Below, piece by piece: positions 53,142-64,000 of a stretch of 64,000 nucleotides of DNA (the stretch's first letter is position 1; every line of letters starts with the position of its first letter). The notes below the pieces were generated by a model that had not been told where the DNA came from, did not search any database, and saw only the letters and a list, made by a program, of their open reading frames with translations. The translations under genes were made by a program, and so were the position numbers. The DNA is taken from positions 20,956,001-21,020,000 of the forward strand of contig NC_043008.1 of assembly GCF_006345805.1 (NCBI RefSeq), given 5' to 3'. The stretch comes from Octopus sinensis. Lineage: Eukaryota.

Positions 53142-53344
53142 ACTCTTTTACTTGTTTCAGTCATGTGACTGTGGCCATGCTGGAGCACCGCCTATAGTCG
53201 AGCAAATCGACCCCAGGACTTATTATTTGTAAGCCTAGTACTTATTGTATCGTTTACTTTTGCCGAACCGCTAAGTTAGGACGACATAAACACACGAGCA
53301 TCGGTTGTCAAGCGATGTTGGGGGACAAACACAGACACACAAAC

Positions 53345-53405
<61 letters not shown>

Positions 53406-53535
53406 CGACTAGCTTCTTCCAGTTTCCGTCTACCAAATCCACTCACAAGGCTTTGGTCGGCCCGAGGCTATAGTAGAAGACACTTGTCCAAGGTGCCACG
53501 CAGTGGGACTGAACCCGGAACCACGTAGTTGGAAC
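53142..53535 (-). mobile_element. SINE-A lacking the first part of the head
   Basis: Tail to B box, with an internal (CA)n(TA)n tract. Confidence 0.9.
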
Positions 53536-53861
53536 CATGAATGAGGCGACACCTTGTAGGACAGTATACTGTTGCGGAGGGGAAGTTGCAGAGGGAAAAA
53601 TGTGTCCAGTTCAATAACTTGTGATAAATTAAACATTTATACTGCAAGTGTACCAAAAATATACTTTAATTTCCAAATTTCTTTCAACTCTGCAAAGTTT
53701 TCATAAATTTCCAGGAAGTTTGGAGCAAATCTACATTTAGCTTTAAAATGGGAATCTAGAAAATAAATATATTCAGATGAGCATCAACTAAAATGAAAAT
53801 AGAAATACAATTATTTCTAAGTCTCTCTAAAGGAGGCTACAGCAGCGGTACTGGATATTAA

Positions 53862-54242
53862 TAGTTATCACCAAGCTAATATGGCAGTCCATAAATATAG
53901 GACGAAAGCTGCCGTTGATTAGCTCCAAGAGGCCATCGCCTCTAGCTAGCTATATGACACACAAATCTGTGTCCATTATAACCTTCGAACAAGGGAGGTC
54001 AGCCGCTTCCCCTTGCTGGTCTGGCACCTGCAGACATGCATTGATAAAGGGCAAATACCCTGAAATATGTCTGCAGATGCCTGACCAGCAAGGGGAAGCG
54101 GCTGACCTCCCCTGTTCGAAGGTTATAATGGACACAGGTTCGTGTGTCATATAGCTAGCTAGAGGCGATGGCCTCTTGAAGCTAATCAACAGCAGCTTTC
54201 GTCCTATATTTATGGACTGCCATATTAGCTTGGCGATAACTA
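53862..54242. mobile_element. 381-bp fold-back (MITE-like) element flanked by TTAA
   Basis: Arms of ~176 bp are nearly perfect inverted repeats with a 29-nt loop (54038-54066). Termini are TAG...CTA, with TTAA at 53858-53861 and 54243-54246. Confidence 0.85.
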
Positions 54243-55075
54243 TTAATAAAATGAAATTATTATAAATAATTCTTTAAGAACACTCAATCTAAACTTGTTG
54301 TGCAAATGAAGGAGTTATTATACTGACCAAATACATGTATCACATACTCTAGCGTCTTTTTAGTTTTGTCAAACTTGCTCTAAAAGATCCATGGTTATTA
54401 AATATAGAAATTATGAATAATTAAATATAATAAATATATAATTGTTACAAAGTCTGACTGTTTACAAAGTTCACTTATCATCATATTGCAAATCAAAGGG
54501 GTATAAGTTTTGCTTTTTAAGCCAGACTATTTTAAGATATCCTTAAGATACACACTACGGACAAAGGTCTATTCGGAAATGAAGAGACACCTGCGTTCTC
54601 CAGCTCAACAAATACTTTTATATTGGCTTTTTGAGGGAAGAACAAATGCTTTCTCGGTGTTTACCAGCTTCTCTCTCTTCATCAGACATGGTTGCTTTTT
54701 TTTTTCCTTGTCTTCCTTTCTCTGTTATTTTTCTTACACTCTTCAAGTTTGGTAGGATCACTTCTTATTTTCTCCCTGAACTTCTTACTTCGTTCTGGAC
54801 TATAAGCCATTGTTTAAACCAGGATACTCACAGTCACAACAAGTCAGCCATTTTGAAAAAAAAACACATGGTCTTGCACTATCCTATAATACAACAAATA
54901 TGGTGAACTAGTGCCCATGCTCACAAAACAAAAAGAGAAACTGGTGTCTCATCTAGAACCAGAATGAATGAAAAGATGTATCAAAAGGCAAGTTCTAAGT
55001 CTGTAAACAAACAATGTTCAAGTAATTTTCAGACTTGCAAAACATGGCATTCAAGACAAGAATGTTTAATGGTTT

Positions 55076-55102
55076 TTATTATTATCATTATTATCATTAT
55101 TA

Positions 55103-55155
<53 letters not shown>

Positions 55156-55178
55156 TATTATTATTATTACTATTGTTA

Positions 55179-55236
<58 letters not shown>

Positions 55237-55247
55237 CATTATTATTA

Positions 55248-55317
<70 letters not shown>

Positions 55318-55424
55318 CATTATTATTATCATTATTATTATTATTATCATTATTATTATTATCATTATTACCATTATTATTATTATTATTATTAATATTA
55401 TTATCATTATTATTATTTTGATTT

Positions 55425-55455
<31 letters not shown>

Positions 55456-55487
55456 TATTATTATTATTATTATATTATTATTATTAA
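55076..55487. repeat. (ATT)n/(ATC)n compound array
   Basis: Trinucleotide array of about 410 bp. Confidence 0.96.
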
Positions 55488-55839
55488 TCCTTCGTTTTAT
55501 TGTTTACATTGATTTCTGTGTTACAATTCAGTTGTGTTTATGCGCTTATATTGTGCTAAATTATACTTAAATAGCGGCTAATTAGACATTGTTAAACAGT
55601 ATTGTTGGTAGGATTAGTAGATCAGGCAAATACTATTTTTTTAACTATACTATATTATACGTTTATTGAAACATTTACTGTTGAGAGAGAAAAAAAATGT
55701 TTAACGTTCAAACATTTTCAGACTTGCAAAACATTGGCATTCAAGAGAAAAAAATGTCGTAAACTGCGCTGTCATTAATTCACTACCAAGACTGTTTTGT
55801 TTTTTTTTTCTTATCTTCAGATTTACAATTACTCATACC

Positions 55840-56257
55840 TATTTCTTTACTACCCACAAGGGGCCAAACAAAGGGAGGACAAACAAGGACAGACAAACGG
55901 ATTAAGTCGATTATATCGACCCCGGTGCGTAACTGGTACTTATTTAATCGACCCCGAAAGGATGAAAGGCAAAGTCGACCTCGGCGGAATTTGAACTCAG
56001 AACGTAGCGGCAGATGAAATACCTATTTCTTTACTACCCACAAGGGGCTAAACACAGAGCGGACAAACAAGGACAGACATAGGTATTAAGTCGATTACAT
56101 CGACCCCAGTGCGTAACTGGTACTTATTTAATCGACCCCGAAAGGATGAAAGGCAAAGTCGACCTCGGCGGAATTTGAACTCAGAACGTAGCGGCAGACG
56201 AAATACCACGAAGCATTTCGCCCGGCTTGCTAACGTTTCTACCAACTCGCCGCCTTT
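55840..56257 (-). mobile_element. SINE-B dimer with 12-bp TSD
   Basis: attactcatacc at 55828-55839 and 56258-56269 brackets the whole dimer. Confidence 0.92.
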
Positions 56258-56374
56258 ATTACTCATACCACTGTTTGAATAAACTCATCATGAGCTTTCA
56301 TTCGAATGGTCACACTTCGGGTTTTGGTTTTTGTTTACTAGTTAAAAGTTTGGAATTACAGTCACCATTAAAAA

Positions 56375-56784
56375 TGGTGACTATATGGCTCAGAAACCTG
56401 GACGTTATCAAAGAAGCTTGAGAGGCGGTTGGATGGAACCTACACTCGCCTCCTTATGAGTGCTCAAAATCTCTCGTGGAAGCGCCATCCAACCAAAATG
56501 CAAATATATGGGAAACTACCACCTATGTCATCTCTTGTGAAAGGTAGGAGAGTCCAGTTTGCTGGACATTGTTGTAGAGCTGAAAAAGAAGTAATTTCTA
56601 CTCTTCTCCTCTGGAAGCCATCTACTCGCAATACCAGAGGGCGCACACTCTCCTACCCTGATGTAATCTCCAGGGATACAGGCATCCAGCAACAGGACCT
56701 CCGTAATGCCATGATGGACTGTGAAGTCTGGCGTAGCATGGTAAATTCCATTGTCTCGACCACGGTCGAACAATGATGATGATG
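56375..56784 (+). mobile_element. RTE-clade LINE 3' end
   Basis: LYGSETWTLSKKLERRLDGTYTRLL...RRVQFAGHC...D..VWRSMV, stop codon, then a (TGA)n tail. Confidence 0.85.
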
Positions 56785-57704
56785 AAAAATGCAATTTTCC
56801 GACAACCAGGTATATATCAAACTGGGCTTTTCTTTGATCGATCCATTTGAAGGATCATCCTGCAGGTTCAGAAAGTCACGTCGGACTTATTTTCATTGGA
56901 CTTAAACACACTTTTGAGTATTTATGATCTGTTAGTCTCTCTTGAAGTTTTAAATTTATATCAAAATGAAATATCTCATTGAAACTACTATAGTTATTAT
57001 CACCACTTTAGATAAGACCTGTTGGACTTCATTCTTTTACTGCAACAGACTTTCCCTCCGCAAGAAAATTTCCCCACCGCAACAAAAAAAGTACCTATGG
57101 TACCTCGGACAGAACAAACTATCTGGCCATTTTGAAAACATTATTGAGTAGCTCTGGCCTAAAAACAGAGGTTCTGAAATGTAAGTTCTGAAGTGGCCTT
57201 AAAATGTTGCGGAGAGGAAAATTATTTATTGGACAAGTAACGCTGCTGTTTCTCTGAAGCAGATTTAGGTTTTCAACATTACTGAATATTTGTTCCATTG
57301 AGGTGTCCATGTCCCAGTACTTTTAACCAGTTAAGTTTTTTCTATTTCTCTCTAGCAAAAAAAAAAATTCCGCTCCGAGACGACCAACATTAGGAATTAT
57401 GAAAATTATGATAATTTATGCATAAGCAACAGTAGACTGACAATCATTTTTCCCGTTTTCCTAATCTATGACTATTATGCAAAAAAATTAATAAAATTTT
57501 TTTTCCAAATAAACAAACTTTATTTTCGATTTTTGTGTGAACAAAATACTGTGGAATGGCTCATATATGTGTATGTGTAGTGTATATATATATACTCAGA
57601 ACGTAACGGCAGACGAAATACGGCTATGCATTTCGCCCGGCGTGCTAACGTTTCTGCTATCTCACCGCCTCATACAATTACTCATACCACTGTTTAAATA
57701 AACT

Positions 57705-57876
57705 CCGTTAGCCACTACACACATTTTCTTCTCTCCTTGTTTTTCTGTATCCCTTTCTGTAGAAGAGCATAGGCTCGAAACGTAAAAGACTTTTTCAATT
57801 CCTGAGCGTTATACTAATACATCTGTTTGTTTTGTACACCACCTGTCTTCGTCTTTTTTTTTTCGTAAACTCTCCC
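57705..57876 (+). mobile_element. ~170-bp TA-associated repeat (same family as 625-824)
   Basis: Shares sequence with 625-824 and ends at (TA)n. Confidence 0.75.
57753..57788 (+). ncRNA. Variant minimal hammerhead-like motif
   Basis: CTTT-CTGTAGA-A-GAGC-atag-GCTC-GAAA-CG-TA-AAAG. Helices I and II pair, but the core is non-canonical (A6 to U). Confidence 0.35.
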
Positions 57877-57909
<33 letters not shown>

Positions 57910-58448
57910 CACACACACACACACACGTATGTTACCCTGGTGCAATGAACATCTAGAGTCCGCATTGAAGACAAGACATGACGTTCAGTTCTTCATATTA
58001 TTTTGTCTTATCTCTTTGGAATTTTTACAAATTTTCCAGACAAACTTAGAATATTTTAAAGGCAAACTTACAAGGAAATATCAGACATCTTTGTGAAACA
58101 ATATGGACTTGTTCCAAATAGACGTATAAGATATCTTGGAGTTATTACCATGTTTACCCTGGTAAACAATGTATTTTATCTCACAACATCGGTAGACTTT
58201 ACTTTCAAAAGCAAAATAATAGTGCTTTCTTCTATAGACACAAGTCCTGAAATTTTGGGGAGGGGGACTAGTCGACCCCAGTGATCAACTGGTTCTGTTT
58301 TTTATCGACCTCGAAAGGATAAATGGTAAAGTTGACGTCCTCCTCAAAAATTTTAGGCTTTGTGCCTATTGTAGAAAGAATTATTAATGTACATCGGTGT
58401 AAAGCGGCAAGATGGCATATTCGTGAAACGTCGGTACTTGCTCCCATA

Positions 58449-58501
<53 letters not shown>

Positions 58502-58524
58502 TAATAATAATAATAATAATAGTA

Positions 58525-58568
<44 letters not shown>

Positions 58569-58601
58569 ATAATAATAATAATAATAATATATTCGTATAT
58601 T

Positions 58602-59089
58602 TAATCTTAGCTGATTGAAAGTGTTATCATGTACATTTGTTTGTCTTGGTATAAAAGGTGGGCTACAGCAAATATTCTGCTCAATATCACAAATTTGCTT
58701 GTCAGTTGTTTGACCTTAACCTTAGTGGCTGATGATATGTGCATCTCTGATTACAAGCAGAAGTTGTGGTGGGGGGAGCATCATAGCCATGTGTTGAGAG
58801 AAATTCTTTGGGATTTGAATATGGGTGTTTCATTCATCATCCTTAAACAACCCTTATTCAGAGACCTTTGAGCGGTATGAGCCACTCGACCTGAAGAAAA
58901 TTCTAACTGGGCCCCACCTACAAAGTCATGTGCTCTTTATCTTGATATGAGATCGCCATGCCGCGCATATATGGTTGTGATACATCTGCCTGGAGTACCC
59001 TTATCAGACGGGTAGTCATGATGGGTATACTGGGCTTCGTGTATTTGTACCCCAGTATCATTTTGATGGCATGCGCTGCACTCTCACTC
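58602..59089 (+). mobile_element. Element D (opposite orientation, 5'-eroded)
   Basis: Reverse-complement homologue ending gcactctcactc-aataacaataa. Confidence 0.85.
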
Positions 59090-59138
59090 AATAACAATAA
59101 TAAAAATATCATTATAATAATAACAACAATAATAATAA

Positions 59139-59376
59139 TAAGTAGGTGCATTAGGCATGATAAAAAAATATTCAGACAAATACATAACAAAAACACCAGG
59201 ACTTACAAACACATATAACATACAGAAAATTGCACTACTAGGCACTGCACACATCCTACGCAGAACACTTTCCATACAATAACCATCAGAGCATCACAAC
59301 AAATCACAGCACATACCTAAGGCACACAGAGCTGCGCTCGGTAGTGAAGTGAAAGCACGCTATAAAAATAAAACTA

Positions 59377-59380
<4 letters not shown>
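59139..59380 (+). pseudogene. R4/Dong-like RLE 3' end (third family)
   Basis: IVGALGMIKK/YSDKYITKTPGL..IQKIALLGTAHILRRTLS*, then a 3' UTR and (TAA)n. The 5' junction is also in (TAA)n. Confidence 0.85.
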
Positions 59381-59455
<75 letters not shown>

Positions 59456-60242
59456 TTAATATCAGCTAAACAGCAATAAACATCTTCTTAATAATATCAT
59501 TCCGACATTCTTATAACTTAGATTTTTTTAAAAATCAGAGCCTCTTAATAAAAATAATTTTTTCTGTGTCCGACCACTATTCACTATTTAAAAATAAGCA
59601 CTATTCACTACCTCTTTGCTAAATCTACATTTCGGTTGCTAGTGACTTTCCTTGATAGAAACAGTCCCTCTGGCATTTTACGAACCTGATTCCTGCGTAA
59701 AATATACTGTCTACATTGATCTCACGGATTACAACTTGTGGATGCATAAACAAATGCACAGCACTGTACACACTTAAAATAACTTATTCGTATTCACCAA
59801 GTTTAGAGAATATCTTGGTACATATTGTATCCTAAGTATTACGTCACCAAGTTACGATGATAATTCTACATTAGGAATAGCGTGACGTGACTTCCAACTC
59901 AATATCTGTCAAACAGATGAAATTGGTAGATGTGATTTGAAAGAACTTTAAGTAATGTAATAGCAAAAGTCAGACTCTGGTCTCAAGTCTACCACACTCG
60001 CCACCGCCGTGGCCATCACCCAGAATCTGCAACCTTAATGCAGCGTTTACGTATTGGCGTGACATACAAATGATGATTTCTTGTTTTCGCACGATGCCAG
60101 CAATTTTGGGGGTGGGGGCAAGTCGATTACATCGAGTGCAGTATTTGACTGCTACTTATTTTATCAACCTCGGAAACTTTGCCTCGGTGGGATTTGAACA
60201 CAGAACGTAAATAATTGGAATTGATACTAATTCATGCTAATA

Positions 60243-60460
60243 ATCCTTTCTACTATAGGCAGAAGGTCTTACATTTTGTGGGGAGGGGCTAGTCGATTAT
60301 ATCGACCCCAGTGATTAACTGGTACATATTTCATCGATCCCGAAAGAATGAAAGGCGAAGTTAACATCAACGGAACTTGAATTCAGAACGTAAAGACAGA
60401 CAAAATGTCGATAAACATTTTGTCCGGCGTGCTAATGACTCTGCAATTCACCGCCTTACT
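60243..60460 (-). mobile_element. SINE-B tail2
   Basis: cctttctactataggc...gatcccgaaagaatgaaagg...cggcgtgctaatgactctgc. Confidence 0.78.
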
Positions 60461-61101
60461 CGACATGCAAATAATCACAGACAAATCTGTCTTATATCAC
60501 ATCGTTTTACAAATAGGTCATTCTAGATACATTTAAATTTGACGGGACGGCCATGGATGGAATGATTTTAATCATAGTTCCGCTCAGTCAGGATAAGTGT
60601 AGAACGAAACAAGAACAGTAACAAGTAAACATAAATGCAATGAGTGGGTACAGGTCGGATTGGGAAGTTTGGTCCTCAGTCAATGGTGATATTTGAGTGT
60701 ATATTTAAAATGACACATCTGAGATATTATCATGTTGATTATTCCTTCGGTGGTTCACATATGTTCCATAAGTTTGTTTGATCGAACATGACATGAGGCT
60801 ACACAATGACAGCAATGACAACACCCATAACAATAATTAATAGTACCCAACAACAATAATTAATCCCAGCGTGCGTCAAAAATATTGTTCTATAACAATT
60901 TTATTCTAAGTAATACAAATATCTAAACGACAGATTTTTCTTGTACTCCAATCAACGGGACAAACGTCCATAAGTTCCTGAAGGACCTTGTTTACAAAAT
61001 GAAGCAAATATTTTTTTTTTCTCTTTTCATCAAATATTTCGTGATGAAATTTAACCTTTCGCGGAGCTATCACGAGAGAAGTCAGTTTGCTGTAAAACAC
61101 A

Positions 61102-61141
<40 letters not shown>

Positions 61142-61378
61142 TTAATAATAATAATAACTTAAACCAAATAGAAGGAGAGGTAAAATAAAAAAGCGAAGAA
61201 GAGTATCATAACCGAAATCGTAAATTGTTTACATTAAGCTGTCTCGTCAATATCACGTTTCTTTCCTAGCTCCAGGACAAAAAGCCAATAGTTAGATGAG
61301 AAACTTGCAAAAGTTTAAAAAGCTTTTCAGAGAACGATATCATTACTTACCGCTTACATAATAATCTACATAGACACG

Positions 61379-61794
61379 AAGGCGGCGAGCTGGCAGAAAC
61401 GTTAACGTGACGGGCGTAATACTTAACAGTATTTCGTCTGCCGTTACGTTCTGAGTTCAAATTCCGCCGAGTTCAAATTGCCTTTCATTTTTTCGGAGTC
61501 GATAAATTAAGCACCAGTTACGCACTGGGGTCAATGTAATCGACTTAATACCTATGTCTGTCCTTGTTTGTCCCCTCTATGTTTAGCCCCTTGTGGGTAA
61601 TAAAGAAATAGGTATTTCGTCTGTCTTTACGTTCTGAATTCAAATTCCGCTGAGTTACAAATTGCTTTTCATCCTTTCGGGGTCGATAAATTAAGTAGCA
61701 GTTACGCACTGGGGTCGATGTAATCGTCTTAATCCCATTGTCTGTCTTTGTTTGTCCCCTCTACGTTTAGTCCCTTGTGGGCAGTAAAGAAATA
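61379..61794 (+). mobile_element. SINE-B dimer (tail1-tail1)
   Basis: Head aaggcggcgagctggcagaaacg followed by two core-tail1 units. Confidence 0.9.
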
Positions 61795-61956
61795 ATAAAT
61801 AAATAAGAAACGTTAGCATGCCGGGCGAAATGCCTAATCGATTTAGTTGTCCTTCCCAAATCGATTTAGTTGTCCTTCCTTACAGATTAAGTATTGGGAT
61901 CTTTCAAATTTCATAAACGTTTATGGTAAATTCTGTGGGTTTCTGTCCATGATATA

Positions 61957-62348
61957 TTTTACCTGTTTCAGTCATTAGACTGCGGCCATGCTGGGGCACC
62001 ACCTTGAATTTTTAGTTGAATGAATCATGTCCAGTGCTTATTTTTTAAGCCTACTACTTATTTTATCGTCACTTTTGCCGAAACGCTAAGCTACGGGGGC
62101 GTAAACACACCAACACCGGTTGTCAAGTGGTGATGTTGGGACAAACACACACACACATAGATATATATACATATATGTATATAACGACAGACTTCTTTCA
62201 GTTTCTGTCTACCAAATCCACTCACAAGGCTTTGGTCGGCCTGAGGTTATAAGAGAAGACACTTTCCCAAGGTACCACGCAGTGGGACTGAACCCGGAAC
62301 CATGTGGTTGGGAAGCAAGTTCCTTACCACACAGCTGCGCCTGCGCCC
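61957..62348 (-). mobile_element. SINE-A full length
   Basis: Complete match from tail to head. Confidence 0.9.
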
Positions 62349-62483
62349 ATTATATACATTTGTATTCATAGCAAAATGTTACCCTTCAAGAAACAACATT
62401 GAACAGATACATTCTCAATGACGAAAATTCAATTTTATAGAATGAATAATACTATTAGAGCTAAAATGGTTTATAGTAAACTA

Positions 62484-62519
62484 TAACCCTAACCCTAACC
62501 CTAACCCTAACCCTAACCC
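62484..62519. repeat. (TAACCC)6 interstitial telomere-type repeat
   Basis: Six perfect copies of the reverse complement of TTAGGG. Confidence 0.95.
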
Positions 62520-62644
62520 TAGAAGTCGAAAGAATGTGACATTGCCCATGGCCTTTGCAGGGCGTCCTAAACCAGTGGAATCGATGCCATTAATGTTCCT
62601 AATGAAAGTTAGTAGGTTAAAAAGGGTAAAGACCTTCTTTGGTC

Positions 62645-62953
62645 ATGAATAATCATGGGATTGCACCTAGAAAGTTACCCTCCGAGGCACAAGTCTGGGC
62701 AAATTTGTCTAAGTAAGACCAGCAGTCGCCCATGCATACAAGCCTCCTTTCTCCACGCCACCGATACTATCCTAGGGAAAGGCAAATGCCGATACAGCTT
62801 GGCCACTATAGACGTCGCAACTCATTTCTACAGCTGAGTATACTGGAGCAACGAGAAATAAAGTGTCTTGCTCAAGAACACAACACAGAACCCGGTTCGG
62901 GAATCGAACTCACTACCTCATGATTGTGAGCCTGACGCTCTAACCAATGAACC
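62645..62953 (-). mobile_element. SINE-E (tRNA head, CORE-like box)
   Basis: Minus strand: tggttcattggttagagcgtcagg (A box), gagttcgattccc (B box), gttcttgagcaagacacttt. Confidence 0.8.
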
Positions 62954-63235
62954 ATACTTAGTAGGTTAAGACCTACTTTAAGACCATGAACAGACATGAA
63001 ATTTTGTTGAAGGACTGGGTGTAGTGATTAGTGCCGGACCTGGGGGAGAGTTGATACAAGGATGATGGAAGGATATATGAGTGATACAGGAATGTTTGAG
63101 TAAAGATGGTGTGAGCCAGGCCATTTTCTGAGGAGGGAGGGCCATGTCATGGCGGGAAAGACAGGAGGAGACAGCACAGCTGTGAACCAGAAGCTGAAGC
63201 GTATCTGTGAGTGACTTTATATGGGGAAAGATAAT

Positions 63236-63651
63236 AGGCGGCGAGCTGGCAGAAACGTTAGCACGTCGGGCGAAATGCTTAGCGGTATTTCGTCTGTCGA
63301 TACGTTCCGAGTTCAAATTCCGCTGAGGTCGACTTTGCCTTTCCTCCTTTCGGGGTCGATAAATTAAGTAACAGTTACGAACTGGGGTCGATGTAATTGA
63401 CTTAATACCTATGTCTATCCTTGTTTGTTCCCTCTGTGTTTAGCCCCTTGTGGGTAATAAAGAAATAGGTATTTCGTCTGCCGATACGTTCTGAGTTCAA
63501 ATTCCGCTGAGGTCGACTTTGCCTTTCCTCCTTTCGGGATCGATAAATTAAGTACCAGTTACGCACTGGGGTCGATGTAATCGACTTAATCCATTTGTTT
63601 GTCCTTGTGTGTCCCCTCTATATTTAGCCCTTTGTGGGTAGTAAAGAAATA
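63236..63651 (+). mobile_element. SINE-B dimer with 16-bp TSD
   Basis: tatatggg(g/a)aaagata at 63218-63233 and 63652-63667 (one mismatch) brackets the dimer. Confidence 0.9.
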
Positions 63652-64000
63652 TATATGGGAAAAGATACAAACAGAAATATTAAATAACCATAGGATTGAT
63701 AAAAAAAAAAACTTCTCCAAAGTATATTACAGGTGAACCAATGAGAGAGCCTCTACGCAGTCTCATGACCTGTTAAATCTAATTGTTAAATCTGTCTTTT
63801 ATGAAATTACACTGTCTTAAAAGGGGATATTTTCATATCCTGGTCTTAGGTCATTTAATTCTAAAAAAGACGAGTTGGTCACAGTTGGAACGTCTTTATT
63901 GACAGACCTGAATTATCGCAGTTGATCTAAGATTAAGCAATAATAGCAAGCTCATGTAAAAAACATCAAGAGAGTGCGTAAAAGGTATTCTAGTCGAGAA

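Noticed and set aside
53885-53935. GTCC...GGAC-GAAA-GCT...AGC-TC half-hammerhead in the hairpin arms
   Set aside because: There is no CUGANGA core upstream and no helix I.
54540-54830. K/R/E-rich minus-strand reading frame (MAYSPERSKKFREKIRSDP...)
   Set aside because: It is short and frameshifted. It resembles transposon protein N-termini but cannot be assigned.
38638-61100. ORFs 38638-38874, 57119-57310, 58093-58284 and 60906-61100 as host exons
   Set aside because: No recognisable domain or convincing splice-site pair.
62978-63235. Possible CR1/L2 protein remnant
   Set aside because: Only vague resemblance, with no diagnostic motif.

Overview
AT-rich, microsatellite-saturated, transposon-dense eukaryotic DNA. 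The SINE families resemble octopod cephalopod repeats, so the source is probably Octopus; this is an inference from recalled repeat sequences, not a database match. I found no host protein-coding exon, rRNA, true tRNA gene or CRISPR array, and most ORFs in the track are translations of (TA)n, (CA)n, (GATA)n and (ATT)n arrays. The window contains: (1) about 40 copies or fragments of tRNA-derived SINEs, labelled here A, B, C and E; (2) LINE remnants, namely a young 5'-truncated Tx1/L1-clade RT element (26.2-28.8 kb), four restriction-like-endonuclease (R4/Dong-like) 3' ends and three RTE-clade fragments; (3) DNA-transposon remnants (Tc1, mariner, hAT, a TA-flanked MITE, non-autonomous Helitron and Helentron, a TTAA-flanked 381-bp hairpin); (4) two Penelope-like GIY-YIG endonuclease remnants. 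The most interesting signal is about ten type I hammerhead-ribozyme-like motifs from several unrelated non-coding repeats, most of them near (TA)n arrays. These include a ~440-nt unit present as two back-to-back circular permutations (6.69-7.71 kb, retrozyme or Penelope pseudo-LTR-like) and a 1.8-kb inverted-repeat element (17.7-19.5 kb) with an intact-looking minimal hammerhead. Two further leads are a 41-nt 3' tail shared by SINE-B and the Tx1 LINE, and a ~560-bp non-coding element that sits next to (TAA)n arrays beside R4/Dong remnants. All folds and alignments were done by eye, and no ribozyme activity is demonstrated.
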